Shown here: piece after piece, positions 44,649-53,705 of the stretch
Layout of the letters: each line of letters begins with the position of its first letter
How positions within the stretch are numbered: position 1 is the stretch's first letter
NCBI GenBank assembly: GCA_036259835.1
Contig: DATABA010000022.1
Span: forward strand, 15,087-79,086
Source of the DNA: Actinomycetota bacterium
Lineage (GTDB): Bacteria; Actinomycetota; UBA4738
Direction: 5' to 3'
Length of the DNA stretch: 64,000 bases
Notes under the pieces: model-generated
The model's input: only the letters and a program-made list of their open reading frames with translations
The model's database searches: none
What the model was told of the DNA's origin: nothing
Made by a program: the position numbers and the translations under genes

Positions 44649-46040
44649 CTAGCCGAACTCCTCGGCGACCAGGTGCCGCTCTACGCTCAGATTGCCGCTC
44701 TCAGGCGATTGCGTTATCCGGTCGAACGCCAGGAGCGTTGGCTGTGGTCGCGGCTCGAAGTAAAGGATCTGAGCGGAGAGAGGGATCCCACCTTCCTGCG
44801 TGAACACCGTGAAACCGGATCCGCCGGTGGTTCCCGTGCGGAGAAAAATGGTGCCGTGCATCATCCGCGCTGCGGGCTGGTGGAAGTGTCCGGAGATCAC
44901 AACCGGAACGCGGCCCGCGACGGCCTCGGCCATTCGGTCGTCGTGCACGGCGACCACCGCGGGTGGCGTCAAGCCCATTTGCACCTCCCTAAGGATCCGC
45001 TCCCCGGCCTGTCTCGCTTGCGCCTCGAACTCGGCGTCGTTCACCGTGGTTTCCTTGTTGGGCGTGAAGACCGGGTGTCGCAGCCCATAGAACGTCACCC
45101 CCGCCTTCTGCACGGACGCGCCGTTCAGGACCGTGACGTTCGGGACCCGCGCCATCGCCGCTTCGATGGACGGCCCATCATGATTGCCGGGAACGAAGAG
45201 GTACGGGCGGTTGAAGCCCGGGACGAACCTGGCGATGAGGTCCTCGGCCGGCGTTCCGAACGATGTGAGGTCGCCCGTATCGACCACAACGTCCACGTCG
45301 AACGCCTCGGCGAGCTGTCGGGCGAACTCCATCCCAAGTGGCGACAGGTGGACGTCAGCGATATGGAGGACCCGAATCTGATCGCCCGGAAATTGCCTCG
45401 TCTGGATCCGGCTGTACACGCGAGCGGCGCCGCTGACGATCCGTTGGAGCTCCAGACGGAAGGCGTCGATCCGAGCCGCGGCGGTCTCCACTTCTCCCAC
45501 GAGCCGCGGCGCGAGTGCCAGCGAACCGGAGAACCGCGGGGCCCGAAACGCGTTGCTGTCGTAGGTGACCCAGGCGGCCAGCTCGCTTCCACCGACCACG
45601 GTCACCGGAACCACCAGCGATAGCAGAACCGCTCGCCAGTTCGTTCGAAACACCAGCACGGCCAGGAGCAGCGCCCCGAGGATTCCCATCCCGAGCAGTT
45701 GAAACCCAAAGGGAACCACGTGCCTTCGGGCGGAATCACCGATGTCGTCGGCGAGCTGACGAACGCTTTGGTCGCGGACCAGCCTCGTGAGTTCCTGGAT
45801 CTCAACTTCCCGAAGCGTGGCGCGAAACGACAGTGGAGGTGCGTGCGTATCGGCGGTAACGCGGCCGAGAGGAGGAAGCACGATCTCCGTCTGCCCGCTC
45901 CCAAATGCGCCCGAAAGTTCGACGTCGAAGGGTCCGAGTGCGGCGCCTCGTTTCGCCCCGACCGTGACCCCCAGCCATGTGCCGGCCAGTCCGACGCCTG
46001 CCACGGCGAGCAGCATCACGGTTCGTTTGCCGAGCTTCAT
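44649..46040 (-). CDS. Membrane-anchored metallophosphoesterase
   Basis: N-terminal TM helices, then VLHIADVHLS, DTGDLTSFG, VPGNHD and ISGHFH. Confidence 0.7.
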   Translation of the reverse strand: MKLGKRTVMLLAVAGVGLAGTWLGVTVGAKRGAALGPFDVELSGAFGSGQTEIVLPPLGRVTADTHAPPLSFRATLREVEIQELTRLVRDQSVRQLADDIGDSARRHVVPFGFQLLGMGILGALLLAVLVFRTNWRAVLLSLVVPVTVVGGSELAAWVTYDSNAFRAPRFSGSLALAPRLVGEVETAAARIDAFRLELQRIVSGAARVYSRIQTRQFPGDQIRVLHIADVHLSPLGMEFARQLAEAFDVDVVVDTGDLTSFGTPAEDLIARFVPGFNRPYLFVPGNHDGPSIEAAMARVPNVTVLNGASVQKAGVTFYGLRHPVFTPNKETTVNDAEFEAQARQAGERILREVQMGLTPPAVVAVHDDRMAEAVAGRVPVVISGHFHQPAARMMHGTIFLRTGTTGGSGFTVFTQEGGIPLSAQILYFEPRPQPTLLAFDRITQSPESGNLSVERHLVAEEFG

Positions 46041-46057
46041 TTGGAGTGGAGCCGACT

Positions 46058-46759
46058 TTAGCCAGGTGGGACCGGCGGCACCTCGGCCGTAAAGATCGCC
46101 GTTCCCGATTCCCGTTCGATCAAGTCGAGCCCAGCCATCTCAAACAGAGAGATTGGCGACGCCGAACCAAAGGTGCCGCGGCCGCCGGTGAGCTTCACTC
46201 GTCCGAGCGGGACCCTGTGCCCTCGTCTGGTGCGCAGCTGGACGTCGAACATACCCGACCGCCGGCCCTCGGTGATCACCACGAACACCCACGGGGTCGC
46301 CCCCTCGTACGCGAATGCCGTCCCCGCTCGTCGAGCCCTCGTTTCCATCAGCGGGAAGGCACCCAGTCCCTTCCCGTCGGAAACTTCGAGCGTCCGCTTG
46401 TAGAGCCGCACCAGCTCCAGGTCCTCTCTCAATGCGACGTAGCCGCCCACGAGCGCGGCCGTCGCTCCAAGAACGGCCGCGGTGGCGAGTGCGATCGTGC
46501 GACGCAACCAGGGTGGTCTTGCCGGCGTGCGTCCGAGTCGCTCGACCACCTTTCGCTCGAATTGGTCCGGCGGTGCCTCCTCCGGTCCGGTCAGCAGCAA
46601 CGCGTCCGCCACGCTGGTGAAATCCTCGAGCTCGCGGCGACATTTCAGGCACGTCCCCAGATGGGCTAGGGCTCGGGTCCGGTCGTCCTCCGAAGCGATG
46701 CCCAGGGCGAGCTCCGCCACCAGGTCGTGCACGTGCTCGCGCGCATCGTCGTCCGTCAT
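46058..46759 (-). CDS. Zinc-binding (ZAS, zf-HC2) anti-sigma factor, single-pass
   Basis: The H-x3-C-x2-C motif HLGTCLKC, one TM segment, and a 4-nt overlap with the upstream sigma gene. Confidence 0.7.
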   Translation of the reverse strand: MTDDDAREHVHDLVAELALGIASEDDRTRALAHLGTCLKCRRELEDFTSVADALLLTGPEEAPPDQFERKVVERLGRTPARPPWLRRTIALATAAVLGATAALVGGYVALREDLELVRLYKRTLEVSDGKGLGAFPLMETRARRAGTAFAYEGATPWVFVVITEGRRSGMFDVQLRTRRGHRVPLGRVKLTGGRGTFGSASPISLFEMAGLDLIERESGTAIFTAEVPPVPPG

Positions 46760-47322
46760 CGCTCGCCTTCCAGTGCGGTTCTCAACTTCAGAATCCCGCT
46801 TCGAATCCTCGTCTTCGCGGTTCCGAGCGGAATCTGCTCGGCTTCGGCGATCTGTCGAACTGTCATTCCGCCGAACGCCGCCATGATCAGCGCCCGCCGT
46901 TGATCATCGGGAAGTCCCTTCAACGCCTCCCGGAGCGCTCCAACTTCGTGCCCCGTCATGGCGGCGTCCTCAGGGTTCGGCGCCGGATCGGTCTCCGCAA
47001 GGGCAAGGATCGCGTCGGGATCCATCGGCGTGGATCGGCTGTGTCGCGAAGCATCCACCGCCGTGTTCCGCGCGATGGTGAGCAGCCAGGACGCCACGGC
47101 CCCGCGTCGGGAGTCGTACCCACCGGCGTGTTTCCAGGCGCGGACGAACGTTTCCTGCGCGACCTCTTCGGCCGCGGCCCTATCGCCCACGATGGCGAGG
47201 GCCAGCCCAAAAACGCGGGCCTGGAACCGTCGAACGAATGCGGCCGCGGCGTCGGGGTCACCCGAGGCGAGTCCCGCGAGGAGTGACTCGTCGGAGTGCG
47301 AGCGCTTGGGATCCAACCACAT
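46756..47322 (-). CDS. ECF-type RNA polymerase sigma factor
   Basis: AEEVAQETFVRAWKH...SWLLTIARNTAVD and MTVRQIAEAEQIPLGTAKTRIRSG. Trimmed to the Met at 47322. Confidence 0.85.
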   Translation of the reverse strand: MWLDPKRSHSDESLLAGLASGDPDAAAAFVRRFQARVFGLALAIVGDRAAAEEVAQETFVRAWKHAGGYDSRRGAVASWLLTIARNTAVDASRHSRSTPMDPDAILALAETDPAPNPEDAAMTGHEVGALREALKGLPDDQRRALIMAAFGGMTVRQIAEAEQIPLGTAKTRIRSGILKLRTALEGER

Positions 47323-47489
47323 AAGGAATACCGGCTTACCCCACACTCCGGATGTCGAGGGAAGCCCGACTTTAGTAGGGACGCAATGCCGCCCGCGGGC
47401 CGGTGGCTCAAAGGGAGTCGGATCGGCAGCCAACGCCGAGATCTCCCGTTGACCGCTCTCACGAACGGCGGCGCTAGCATGACGGCCGC

Positions 47490-48695
47490 ATGGACCAGCT
47501 TTCGGCCGACGAAGTCGCCTCGCGATCGGGGGTAAGCATCGACTTCGTCGAGCGTCTGGTCGAGTTCGGGATCCTCGCGCCGGCCGATCGCGAACGTGCC
47601 TTCTCCCGCGGCGACATCAACAGGACACGACTCGCCCACGCATGCCAAGAGGCCGGGCTCCCGCTCCAGGAAATCGCCCGTGCGGTGAGAGAAGGGAAAT
47701 TCTCATTTGGGTTCCTCGACCTGCCGCACTACGAGTGGTCCTCGCTTGCACCGAAGACAGGGCGTGACATCGCGAACGAAACCGGGCTCTCGCTCGATTT
47801 CCTTGCGGCGCTGCGGCAGGCTCAGGGGTTCGCCCGCCCGCCACCGGACGAGCCGATGCGAGAGGACGAGATCTCGCTTCTTCCCGTCCTTCAACGCGCC
47901 CTGGAGGCTTCGGTTGCTGACGAGGCGGACGTCATCCGGATCCTCCGGGTCTATTCAGACGCGCTTCGGCGAATCGCCGAAGCGGAGACCCATTTGTTCC
48001 ACTCGAACGTGGAGCTTCGGGCTCTGCAGTCAGGGATGAGTGAGCGGCAGCTCACCGACCTTGCCGCGACGTTGTCGGCAGAGTTCATCCCGCTGATCGA
48101 CCAAACGATCCTTACGCTCTACCGGCGCCAGCGAGAGCGAGCCTGGATTGAAGATCTCGTCGGCCATATCGAACGGGCCGTCGAAGAGGCCGGATACCGC
48201 CGGCCGCTGGGACGCCCTCCGGCGATGTGCTTCCTCGATATGGCCGGCTACACGAGGCTGACCGAAGAGATGGGTGACCGAGCGGCGGCGGATCTCGCCG
48301 CCAAGCTGGTGGGCTTCGTGGAGCACGAGTCGCTCGAACGTGGCGGCCAGCCCGTCAAGTGGCTGGGCGACGGCGTGATGTTTTACTTCAAGGACCCCGC
48401 CGCGGCGGTCGACGCCGCCCTCGAAATGGTCGCCACCTCGCCTCAGGTCGGGTTGCCTCCCTCGCATGCCGGCGTCGCCGCAGGGCCGGTGATCTTCCAG
48501 GACGGCGACTACTTCGGTCGAACGGTGAACATGGCGTCGCGCATCGCCGCCCGCGCCGATCCAGGCCAGGTCCTGGTGAGCGAAGAGGTCGTCGAGGCCG
48601 TCGAAAGGGGCGACGGCATCCGCTTCGAGGAGTTCGGCCCCGTCGAATTGAAGGGGCTCATGAAGCCGGTTTCGCTGTTCGAAGCTCGGCGCTAG
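47490..48695 (+). CDS. MerR-like HTH fused to class III adenylate/guanylate cyclase
   Basis: The N-terminus LSADEVASRSGVSIDFVERLVEFGIL is a MerR-type HTH. The C-terminus has CFLDMAGYTRL, KWLGDGVMFYF and GRTVNMASRI. Confidence 0.7.
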   Translation: MDQLSADEVASRSGVSIDFVERLVEFGILAPADRERAFSRGDINRTRLAHACQEAGLPLQEIARAVREGKFSFGFLDLPHYEWSSLAPKTGRDIANETGLSLDFLAALRQAQGFARPPPDEPMREDEISLLPVLQRALEASVADEADVIRILRVYSDALRRIAEAETHLFHSNVELRALQSGMSERQLTDLAATLSAEFIPLIDQTILTLYRRQRERAWIEDLVGHIERAVEEAGYRRPLGRPPAMCFLDMAGYTRLTEEMGDRAAADLAAKLVGFVEHESLERGGQPVKWLGDGVMFYFKDPAAAVDAALEMVATSPQVGLPPSHAGVAAGPVIFQDGDYFGRTVNMASRIAARADPGQVLVSEEVVEAVERGDGIRFEEFGPVELKGLMKPVSLFEARR

Positions 48696-49339
48696 GGCGA
48701 GAGCGCCCTTTCACGGCCGCTGACGGCTGCCACCGCGAGGCACGCCGGGCACGAGGCTTCCGTCCATGGCTGTGCCGCGCCGCGGCGGCCTCGACGGGCG
48801 ATCCACACGACGACTCCCACCGCGACAAGGAGAAGGAGACCGATCAGAACGGGACCCCGGGCCCGGTTCAGCGCGTCTTCGGCGATCGGCCCGAGAAGAA
48901 AGCCGAGGGCGAGATGCCCCTGAATGAAGATCGTGCTCCCGATCAGCAGCGGCGGCAGGGCCCGGCCCGCCGGCAGCCTCGACGCGGCGGCGGCCGCCAC
49001 GGTGAGCGTTCGAAGGCCCGGAGTGGTGCGCCCCACGATGAGCGCGTTCCTTCCTCGTCGTTGCAAGAGGTCCTCGGCACGAGCGATCCGTTCGGGCGTG
49101 ATGCCGACCCGGCGCCCGAAGCGCCGCAGTACGGATCCGGCCGGGCCGCGAATCAACAGGAACAGCCCGGTGGTGCCGGTGAGCGTGACCGCCTCGAGCG
49201 CGAGCACCGCGACCCACAGTGGGATCTCGCCGGCTCCGGCCCGTTGCCCGATGAACAGCATCAGGAGGTCGGAGGGAATGGGGATGGGAACGCCGGCCTC
49301 CATCGGGAGGAGTAAAGCGAGGGCCGCAGCGATGCCCAC
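48692..49339 (-). CDS. DedA/VTT-family membrane protein
   Basis: EAGVPIPIPSDLLMLFIG...GRNALIVGRTTPGLRT. Confidence 0.65.
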   Translation of the reverse strand: MGIAAALALLLPMEAGVPIPIPSDLLMLFIGQRAGAGEIPLWVAVLALEAVTLTGTTGLFLLIRGPAGSVLRRFGRRVGITPERIARAEDLLQRRGRNALIVGRTTPGLRTLTVAAAAASRLPAGRALPPLLIGSTIFIQGHLALGFLLGPIAEDALNRARGPVLIGLLLLVAVGVVVWIARRGRRGAAQPWTEASCPACLAVAAVSGRERALSP

Positions 49340-49389
49340 CCCACCAACGGCCGTTCGTCCGGCCTTGGCGGCGACAAGGGCTACCAGGC

Positions 49390-50958
49390 TCAGGTGGTGC
49401 AGTTCCGCGTCGACTTGTTGCAGGTGATGGTTCCATGCTGGAACCGAGCTCGAACTCGAATCGAATCCACCCTCACCACGTCGCTGATCGGAAGGCCGAA
49501 TGAACTCCTATGGCCGCCGAGCTTAAGGTATTTCGACAGAACCAGGCCGTGGATCCAGTGGGCGCGGTTCACCGCGTCGTTGACGTAGATCCGTCCAACC
49601 CTGAACGCCTGGTACCGGCCGCCCTTCACCTCGACCAGGCGAGACGTGGGGAGTCGTGGCGCACAGCGCAACGAGTCGTACTTGGAGCGAACCCGCCCGA
49701 TGATATTTCGATTCTGGTTGATCCAGACGCGCGCGCTCTTCAGGCCGAGTGCGCTTCGAAGCGTCGATCCGGACACCGTCACGGATCCCCTGCTCCCGGC
49801 GACCGTTGCCCGAACGATCGCTCCCGAGACGCCTCGTGAGACGTTGGAGAACGACCTGGCGTCGCCGATGTCCTTTCCGGTCGCCCGCTGCAGCGCGTTC
49901 CCGACCGCCGCACCCGAAAAGGAGGCGGTCCACGTTCGGTTCGGGTCTCCGTTGTAGACCCAACGGTCACAGACGCCGCGCAGGTAGGACAACGCCGAAC
50001 CGCCCCACACGTTCTCGACGTCCTCGGTGTGCCCCCCCGAAGAGGAGGAGTAGACCGCCAGGATCGGCTTGCCGTCCTTGACCACAGCCAGCCCGTTGGT
50101 GGCGTCGACGGCGTCACGCCACCGGCTGCCCCCGGTCGACCTGACCTTGTCAACCCCGACGTACACCTGGTCACGGGTTGTGGCATAGACGGCGCAATTG
50201 CAGATCGACCGGTGTTGTCCCGAGGTCAGGATCTTGTAAGAGGCGTACGTCCGACCGGCAACCGCCTGTGCCCGGAGGGCGGCGGAGGGCCACAGGCTCG
50301 GTACTTCGCCAAGGCCGTACAGATACCCCTGCATGCCGACGGTGTTGATCGCCCTGAGCCTCGAACCGCAGCTTCCACACGGCCGGTAGATGTTGAACTC
50401 GATCCACCCGTGAGCGTAGGTGTGTCCGGTGGAGTGGAGGTAGACGCCGCTCGATCCATAGGTGGCGAACAGGTGCGTGGAAGGACTCCCGTACCCCCTC
50501 CCACCGACGTACGAGCCGTCCGGGCGCCGAATCCAATACTCGCCGGAGCGGAGCACCACCGTCCAGGTGGACCCCGAAGGAACTCGTGCAACCACCGTTC
50601 CCGATGGTCCGCCGCGTCGTAGGGAGACCGACCCGCCTGCTCCCTTGACCCCGATCCCCATGGCGCCCTGGACCAGCCCCACGCGAATCGTCGAGGGTCG
50701 AGACCTGGGCCTGGTAACCGACGTTCCCCTGTAGAAGTGCTTCAGGATCTCGGTGCCGGACTTGCCGGCGCGAGCCATGCCATACGCGCCCCACTGCGAC
50801 ATCCCGATCAGGTGTCCATAGCCCGACCCGTAGAAGCGGAAGGTCGTGTCGGCGCGCGCAGCACCGGCCGGCAGAAGGCCGACAGCCAGGGTCGCCGCTG
50901 CGATCAACGTAACGGCGGCTTGTGCAGGTCTCGAAGCGGGAGGGCGGGCCATCCCCAT
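49390..50958 (-). CDS. SpoIID/LytB-domain cell-wall protein with C-terminal LGFP-like repeats
   Basis: GSGYGHLIGMSQWGAYGMA and YSSSSGGHTEDVENVWG, with C-terminal ...LGGHRSSFGLPISD. Confidence 0.8.
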   Translation of the reverse strand: MGMARPPASRPAQAAVTLIAAATLAVGLLPAGAARADTTFRFYGSGYGHLIGMSQWGAYGMARAGKSGTEILKHFYRGTSVTRPRSRPSTIRVGLVQGAMGIGVKGAGGSVSLRRGGPSGTVVARVPSGSTWTVVLRSGEYWIRRPDGSYVGGRGYGSPSTHLFATYGSSGVYLHSTGHTYAHGWIEFNIYRPCGSCGSRLRAINTVGMQGYLYGLGEVPSLWPSAALRAQAVAGRTYASYKILTSGQHRSICNCAVYATTRDQVYVGVDKVRSTGGSRWRDAVDATNGLAVVKDGKPILAVYSSSSGGHTEDVENVWGGSALSYLRGVCDRWVYNGDPNRTWTASFSGAAVGNALQRATGKDIGDARSFSNVSRGVSGAIVRATVAGSRGSVTVSGSTLRSALGLKSARVWINQNRNIIGRVRSKYDSLRCAPRLPTSRLVEVKGGRYQAFRVGRIYVNDAVNRAHWIHGLVLSKYLKLGGHRSSFGLPISDVVRVDSIRVRARFQHGTITCNKSTRNCTT

Positions 50959-51033
50959 AGAAATCGGCCACCGAAAGGGAGGCTTGAAGCTTCATCCGCG
51001 TGTCTGTTGCGCTCTCGAGGCGGGGCCCCCGGC

Positions 51034-51219
51034 CTAAAGCCAGTCGCGCCTCTTGAAGGACCGATAGAGGAGCAACGCGGCGGTCGTCATCAGCCCCAGC
51101 GCGAATGGGTAGCCGAACAGCCACCCGAGTTCCGGCATGTGCTCGAAATTCATGCCGTAAACGCCGGCGATCAGGGTTGGGACCAGGATGATGCTGGCCC
51201 ACGCTGTGAGCTTCTTCAT
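51034..51219 (-). CDS. corA: CorA C-terminal two-TM part with GMN motif (gene split)
   Basis: MKKLTAWASIILVPTLIAGVYGMNFEHMPEL. The ATG overlaps the upstream TGA (ATGA), and AGGAGG lies 2 nt upstream of it (AGGAGGtcATG). Confidence 0.65.
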   Translation of the reverse strand: MKKLTAWASIILVPTLIAGVYGMNFEHMPELGWLFGYPFALGLMTTAALLLYRSFKRRDWL

Positions 51220-52004
51220 GACCTCCTGAGGCGGTTGCTCACCACCGACAGGTGCGCGTCCAGCGCGGAAGACAGCAGGTCGCGGATGCTGTCGATGAAG
51301 TCCGTGACCCGGAGGACGTGGTCGTAGACATCCCGGTAGTACGGCTCCAGCCTCTCGGTGACGATGGGAACGCGGCGCTGCTGGAGAACATCCAAAACGT
51401 CTCGAAGAGGAGCCACTGCTCGCCTGAAGTGAATGAGATCCTTGCGTAACAGAAAGATCTCCGCCTGCGCGTCCGCGGCTCCGGTCGCCTCAAGCACCTG
51501 CTCCTCGATCTCCTGCGACCGGTCCTCCATGGCGTCGACGGCGACGAAATAGCCGTCGACGATATGGTCGAGCAGGACGTAGAGCAGGTGCCCGGCGCCT
51601 TCCTCGCCGAGCTCGGGATGCGTTGCCAGTCGATCTTCCACCGGGGATAGATCGAACGGTGGGTCCTTTCGGACCGTCACCAGGTACCGCGGTCCGACGA
51701 ACATCGCCATCTCGTGTTCCTCGACGTCTCCGCCCTTCCGCGATGCGCCGTACGCGACCACGAAGAAATACTTGTCGTACTGCTCGATCTTCGGCCGCTG
51801 ATGCGGATGGAGGCAGTCCTCCAGGGCCAGTTCGTGAAAGCCGAACTCCTCCCTCAGCGTGTTCATGGCCGGCTCATCGGGTCCGTCGATGTCGACCCAC
51901 ACGACCACGTCGCTGTCGCGGAGGACCTCGCTCACATTGCGGACGTCGAAGTCGGGCTCCTCGAGCTTTCCGTGCCGGTACAGCCGCGCACTGATCACGG
52001 ACAT
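51216..52004 (-). CDS. corA: CorA magnesium/cobalt transporter, cytoplasmic N-terminal part (gene split)
   Basis: A 262-aa soluble CorA funnel domain that ends LSVVSNRLRRS* exactly where TM1 should begin. Confidence 0.7.
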   Translation of the reverse strand: MSVISARLYRHGKLEEPDFDVRNVSEVLRDSDVVVWVDIDGPDEPAMNTLREEFGFHELALEDCLHPHQRPKIEQYDKYFFVVAYGASRKGGDVEEHEMAMFVGPRYLVTVRKDPPFDLSPVEDRLATHPELGEEGAGHLLYVLLDHIVDGYFVAVDAMEDRSQEIEEQVLEATGAADAQAEIFLLRKDLIHFRRAVAPLRDVLDVLQQRRVPIVTERLEPYYRDVYDHVLRVTDFIDSIRDLLSSALDAHLSVVSNRLRRS

Positions 52005-52044
52005 TGCGAGCCGAGCGTACCCCAGCGATGCGGGGCAGCGACTG

Positions 52045-52977
52045 TTAGAGGAGGGGCTTCAGAGCATCCTCGATGAGCGCCGCCACGACCGGCCCCTCGA
52101 ACCGCGCCCTGATGATCCCGTCCCCGTCGATGATCACGGTCCACGGCTCGGTCGTGAAGCCCCACTTCCGCCAGTACGACGGGATGGTCTGCGGATCGGG
52201 CTTCAGGTCCGCTCCCGGGGGAAACTCCTCCACGTGGACGAAGTTGGCGCGCTTCGCCCCGACTCGCTCGAACACCAGAAGCTGTTCGTCGACCACCGGC
52301 CCACAGATCTGGCTTTCACAAAGCAGCGGCGTGGCGAAGGTCACCACCGTGGGCTTGCCGTTCCTGAGTGCCCGCTCGAGGGAGATGTAGTGCATGGGAT
52401 CGGGAGGCTTGCGGGTGCAAATTCTCTTCGCCTCGGCTGCGTTCGTGGCCACCGGCGTCTCAACGGCGATGGCCTTCGTGCCGGCCCGGGCGGGTCCCTC
52501 TCCGGAGGTGACGCTCAACGTCTTGGCCCCGACGAGCCGAGAGCCGTTGACGTCGGCGACGGCGGCAACCGACCACGTTCCCGGACCGGGAATCTCGAGC
52601 GGCGCGGCGTAGAACCCCGTCAGCGGAGTCCTCGGCGAGTGATCCTCGTGATTCACGGTGAACCGATGGAAGGTTGCCCGGAACGGGCCGAGGGGGCGGG
52701 TTCGTCCGTCTCTGGCGATCCACACTTGGGGCGATCCACCGGTAAGGAGGGCGCCTTGCTTCGTGACCATCCCAAAGGTGAAGGTCGCTTCCCCGGTGGG
52801 CAGTGCTTCCTGCGCTTGCAGAAGGTCGACCTGAACGCCATTCTGCGTGATCGAGTTCAGGCAGAGCGTTCCCCCGACACACTCGGCCGTCGACTCGGGC
52901 CCGCCCCCGCAGGAGACGGCCAGCAAGGCAAAGCCAAGGCTCACTGCGGCAATTCGTCTCACAAGGGAAGAAGACAT
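52045..52977 (-). CDS. Lipoprotein with C-terminal thioredoxin-like fold
   Basis: Trimmed to the Met at 52977. Lipobox LLAVSCGG. The C-terminal TVVTFATPLLCESQICGPVV is a CxxxC in a Trx-like context. Confidence 0.5.
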   Translation of the reverse strand: MSSSLVRRIAAVSLGFALLAVSCGGGPESTAECVGGTLCLNSITQNGVQVDLLQAQEALPTGEATFTFGMVTKQGALLTGGSPQVWIARDGRTRPLGPFRATFHRFTVNHEDHSPRTPLTGFYAAPLEIPGPGTWSVAAVADVNGSRLVGAKTLSVTSGEGPARAGTKAIAVETPVATNAAEAKRICTRKPPDPMHYISLERALRNGKPTVVTFATPLLCESQICGPVVDEQLLVFERVGAKRANFVHVEEFPPGADLKPDPQTIPSYWRKWGFTTEPWTVIIDGDGIIRARFEGPVVAALIEDALKPLL

Positions 52978-53032
52978 TTCGACCTCAGCGTATCGGGTGG
53001 CCGGAGGAAACGCGGCGTAGAGTCTGCCCGGC

Positions 53033-53683
53033 ATGGACGGGCGGGAACAGGAAAAGAGAGCGGCCGCAGAGGCCGCGACGCTCCTGGTCCAGGACGGCAT
53101 GACGGTCGGTTTGGGGACCGGGAGCACCGTGGCGCACTTCCTTCCGGCGTTGGCGCGCCGGCAGCTCGCGATCACGTGTGTGGCGACCTCCGTCTCTACG
53201 GAAACGACGGCTCGGTCGCTCGGCCTCGCGCTTGACCCATTCGATGCCGTCGATCGGCTCGATCTCGTCGTCGACGGCGCCGACCAGGTCGCTCCAGACC
53301 TGTGGCTGATCAAGGGAAGGGGCGGAGCTCACCTACGGGAGAAGATCGCCGCCGCCGCCGCCGACCGCTTCGTGGTGATCGTTTCGTCCGACAAGCTCGT
53401 CGGGGAAATCGGGCCGCCGGTCCCTCTCGAGGTGCTTTCGTTCGGGCTCGGGGCCACCATTCGAACACTCTCGTCCTTCGGAGAGGTTCGGACGCGACAC
53501 GGCGTGACGCCCGACGGCAACGTGCTCCTCGACTTCTACGCGCCGGTCGACGATCCCGAGCAACTGTCCGGGACGCTGGATGCGGTCCCGGGCGTCGTCG
53601 GGCACGGCCTGTTCGCTCCCAACCTGGTCGCCGAGGTGCTCGTCGGGAAGGCCGATGGGTCCGTTGACCGGCTCACTTCGTAA
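53033..53683 (+). CDS. rpiA: Ribose-5-phosphate isomerase A
   Basis: GMTVGLGTGSTVAHF, VVDGADQV and LIKGRGGAHLREK. Confidence 0.85.
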   Translation: MDGREQEKRAAAEAATLLVQDGMTVGLGTGSTVAHFLPALARRQLAITCVATSVSTETTARSLGLALDPFDAVDRLDLVVDGADQVAPDLWLIKGRGGAHLREKIAAAAADRFVVIVSSDKLVGEIGPPVPLEVLSFGLGATIRTLSSFGEVRTRHGVTPDGNVLLDFYAPVDDPEQLSGTLDAVPGVVGHGLFAPNLVAEVLVGKADGSVDRLTS

Positions 53684-53705
53684 GTTCCACCCCTCGCGGT
53701 GCGCT

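Noticed and set aside
44226-45623. 465-aa plus-strand ORF
   Set aside because: It lies antisense to the membrane metallophosphoesterase and the 43842 gene. The composition is Arg-rich.
50958-51034. GC-rich hairpin (aggcggggcccccggcct) between corA and the SpoIID gene as an intrinsic terminator
   Set aside because: The stem is imperfect and lacks a U-tract on the transcribed (minus) strand. Support is too weak to annotate.
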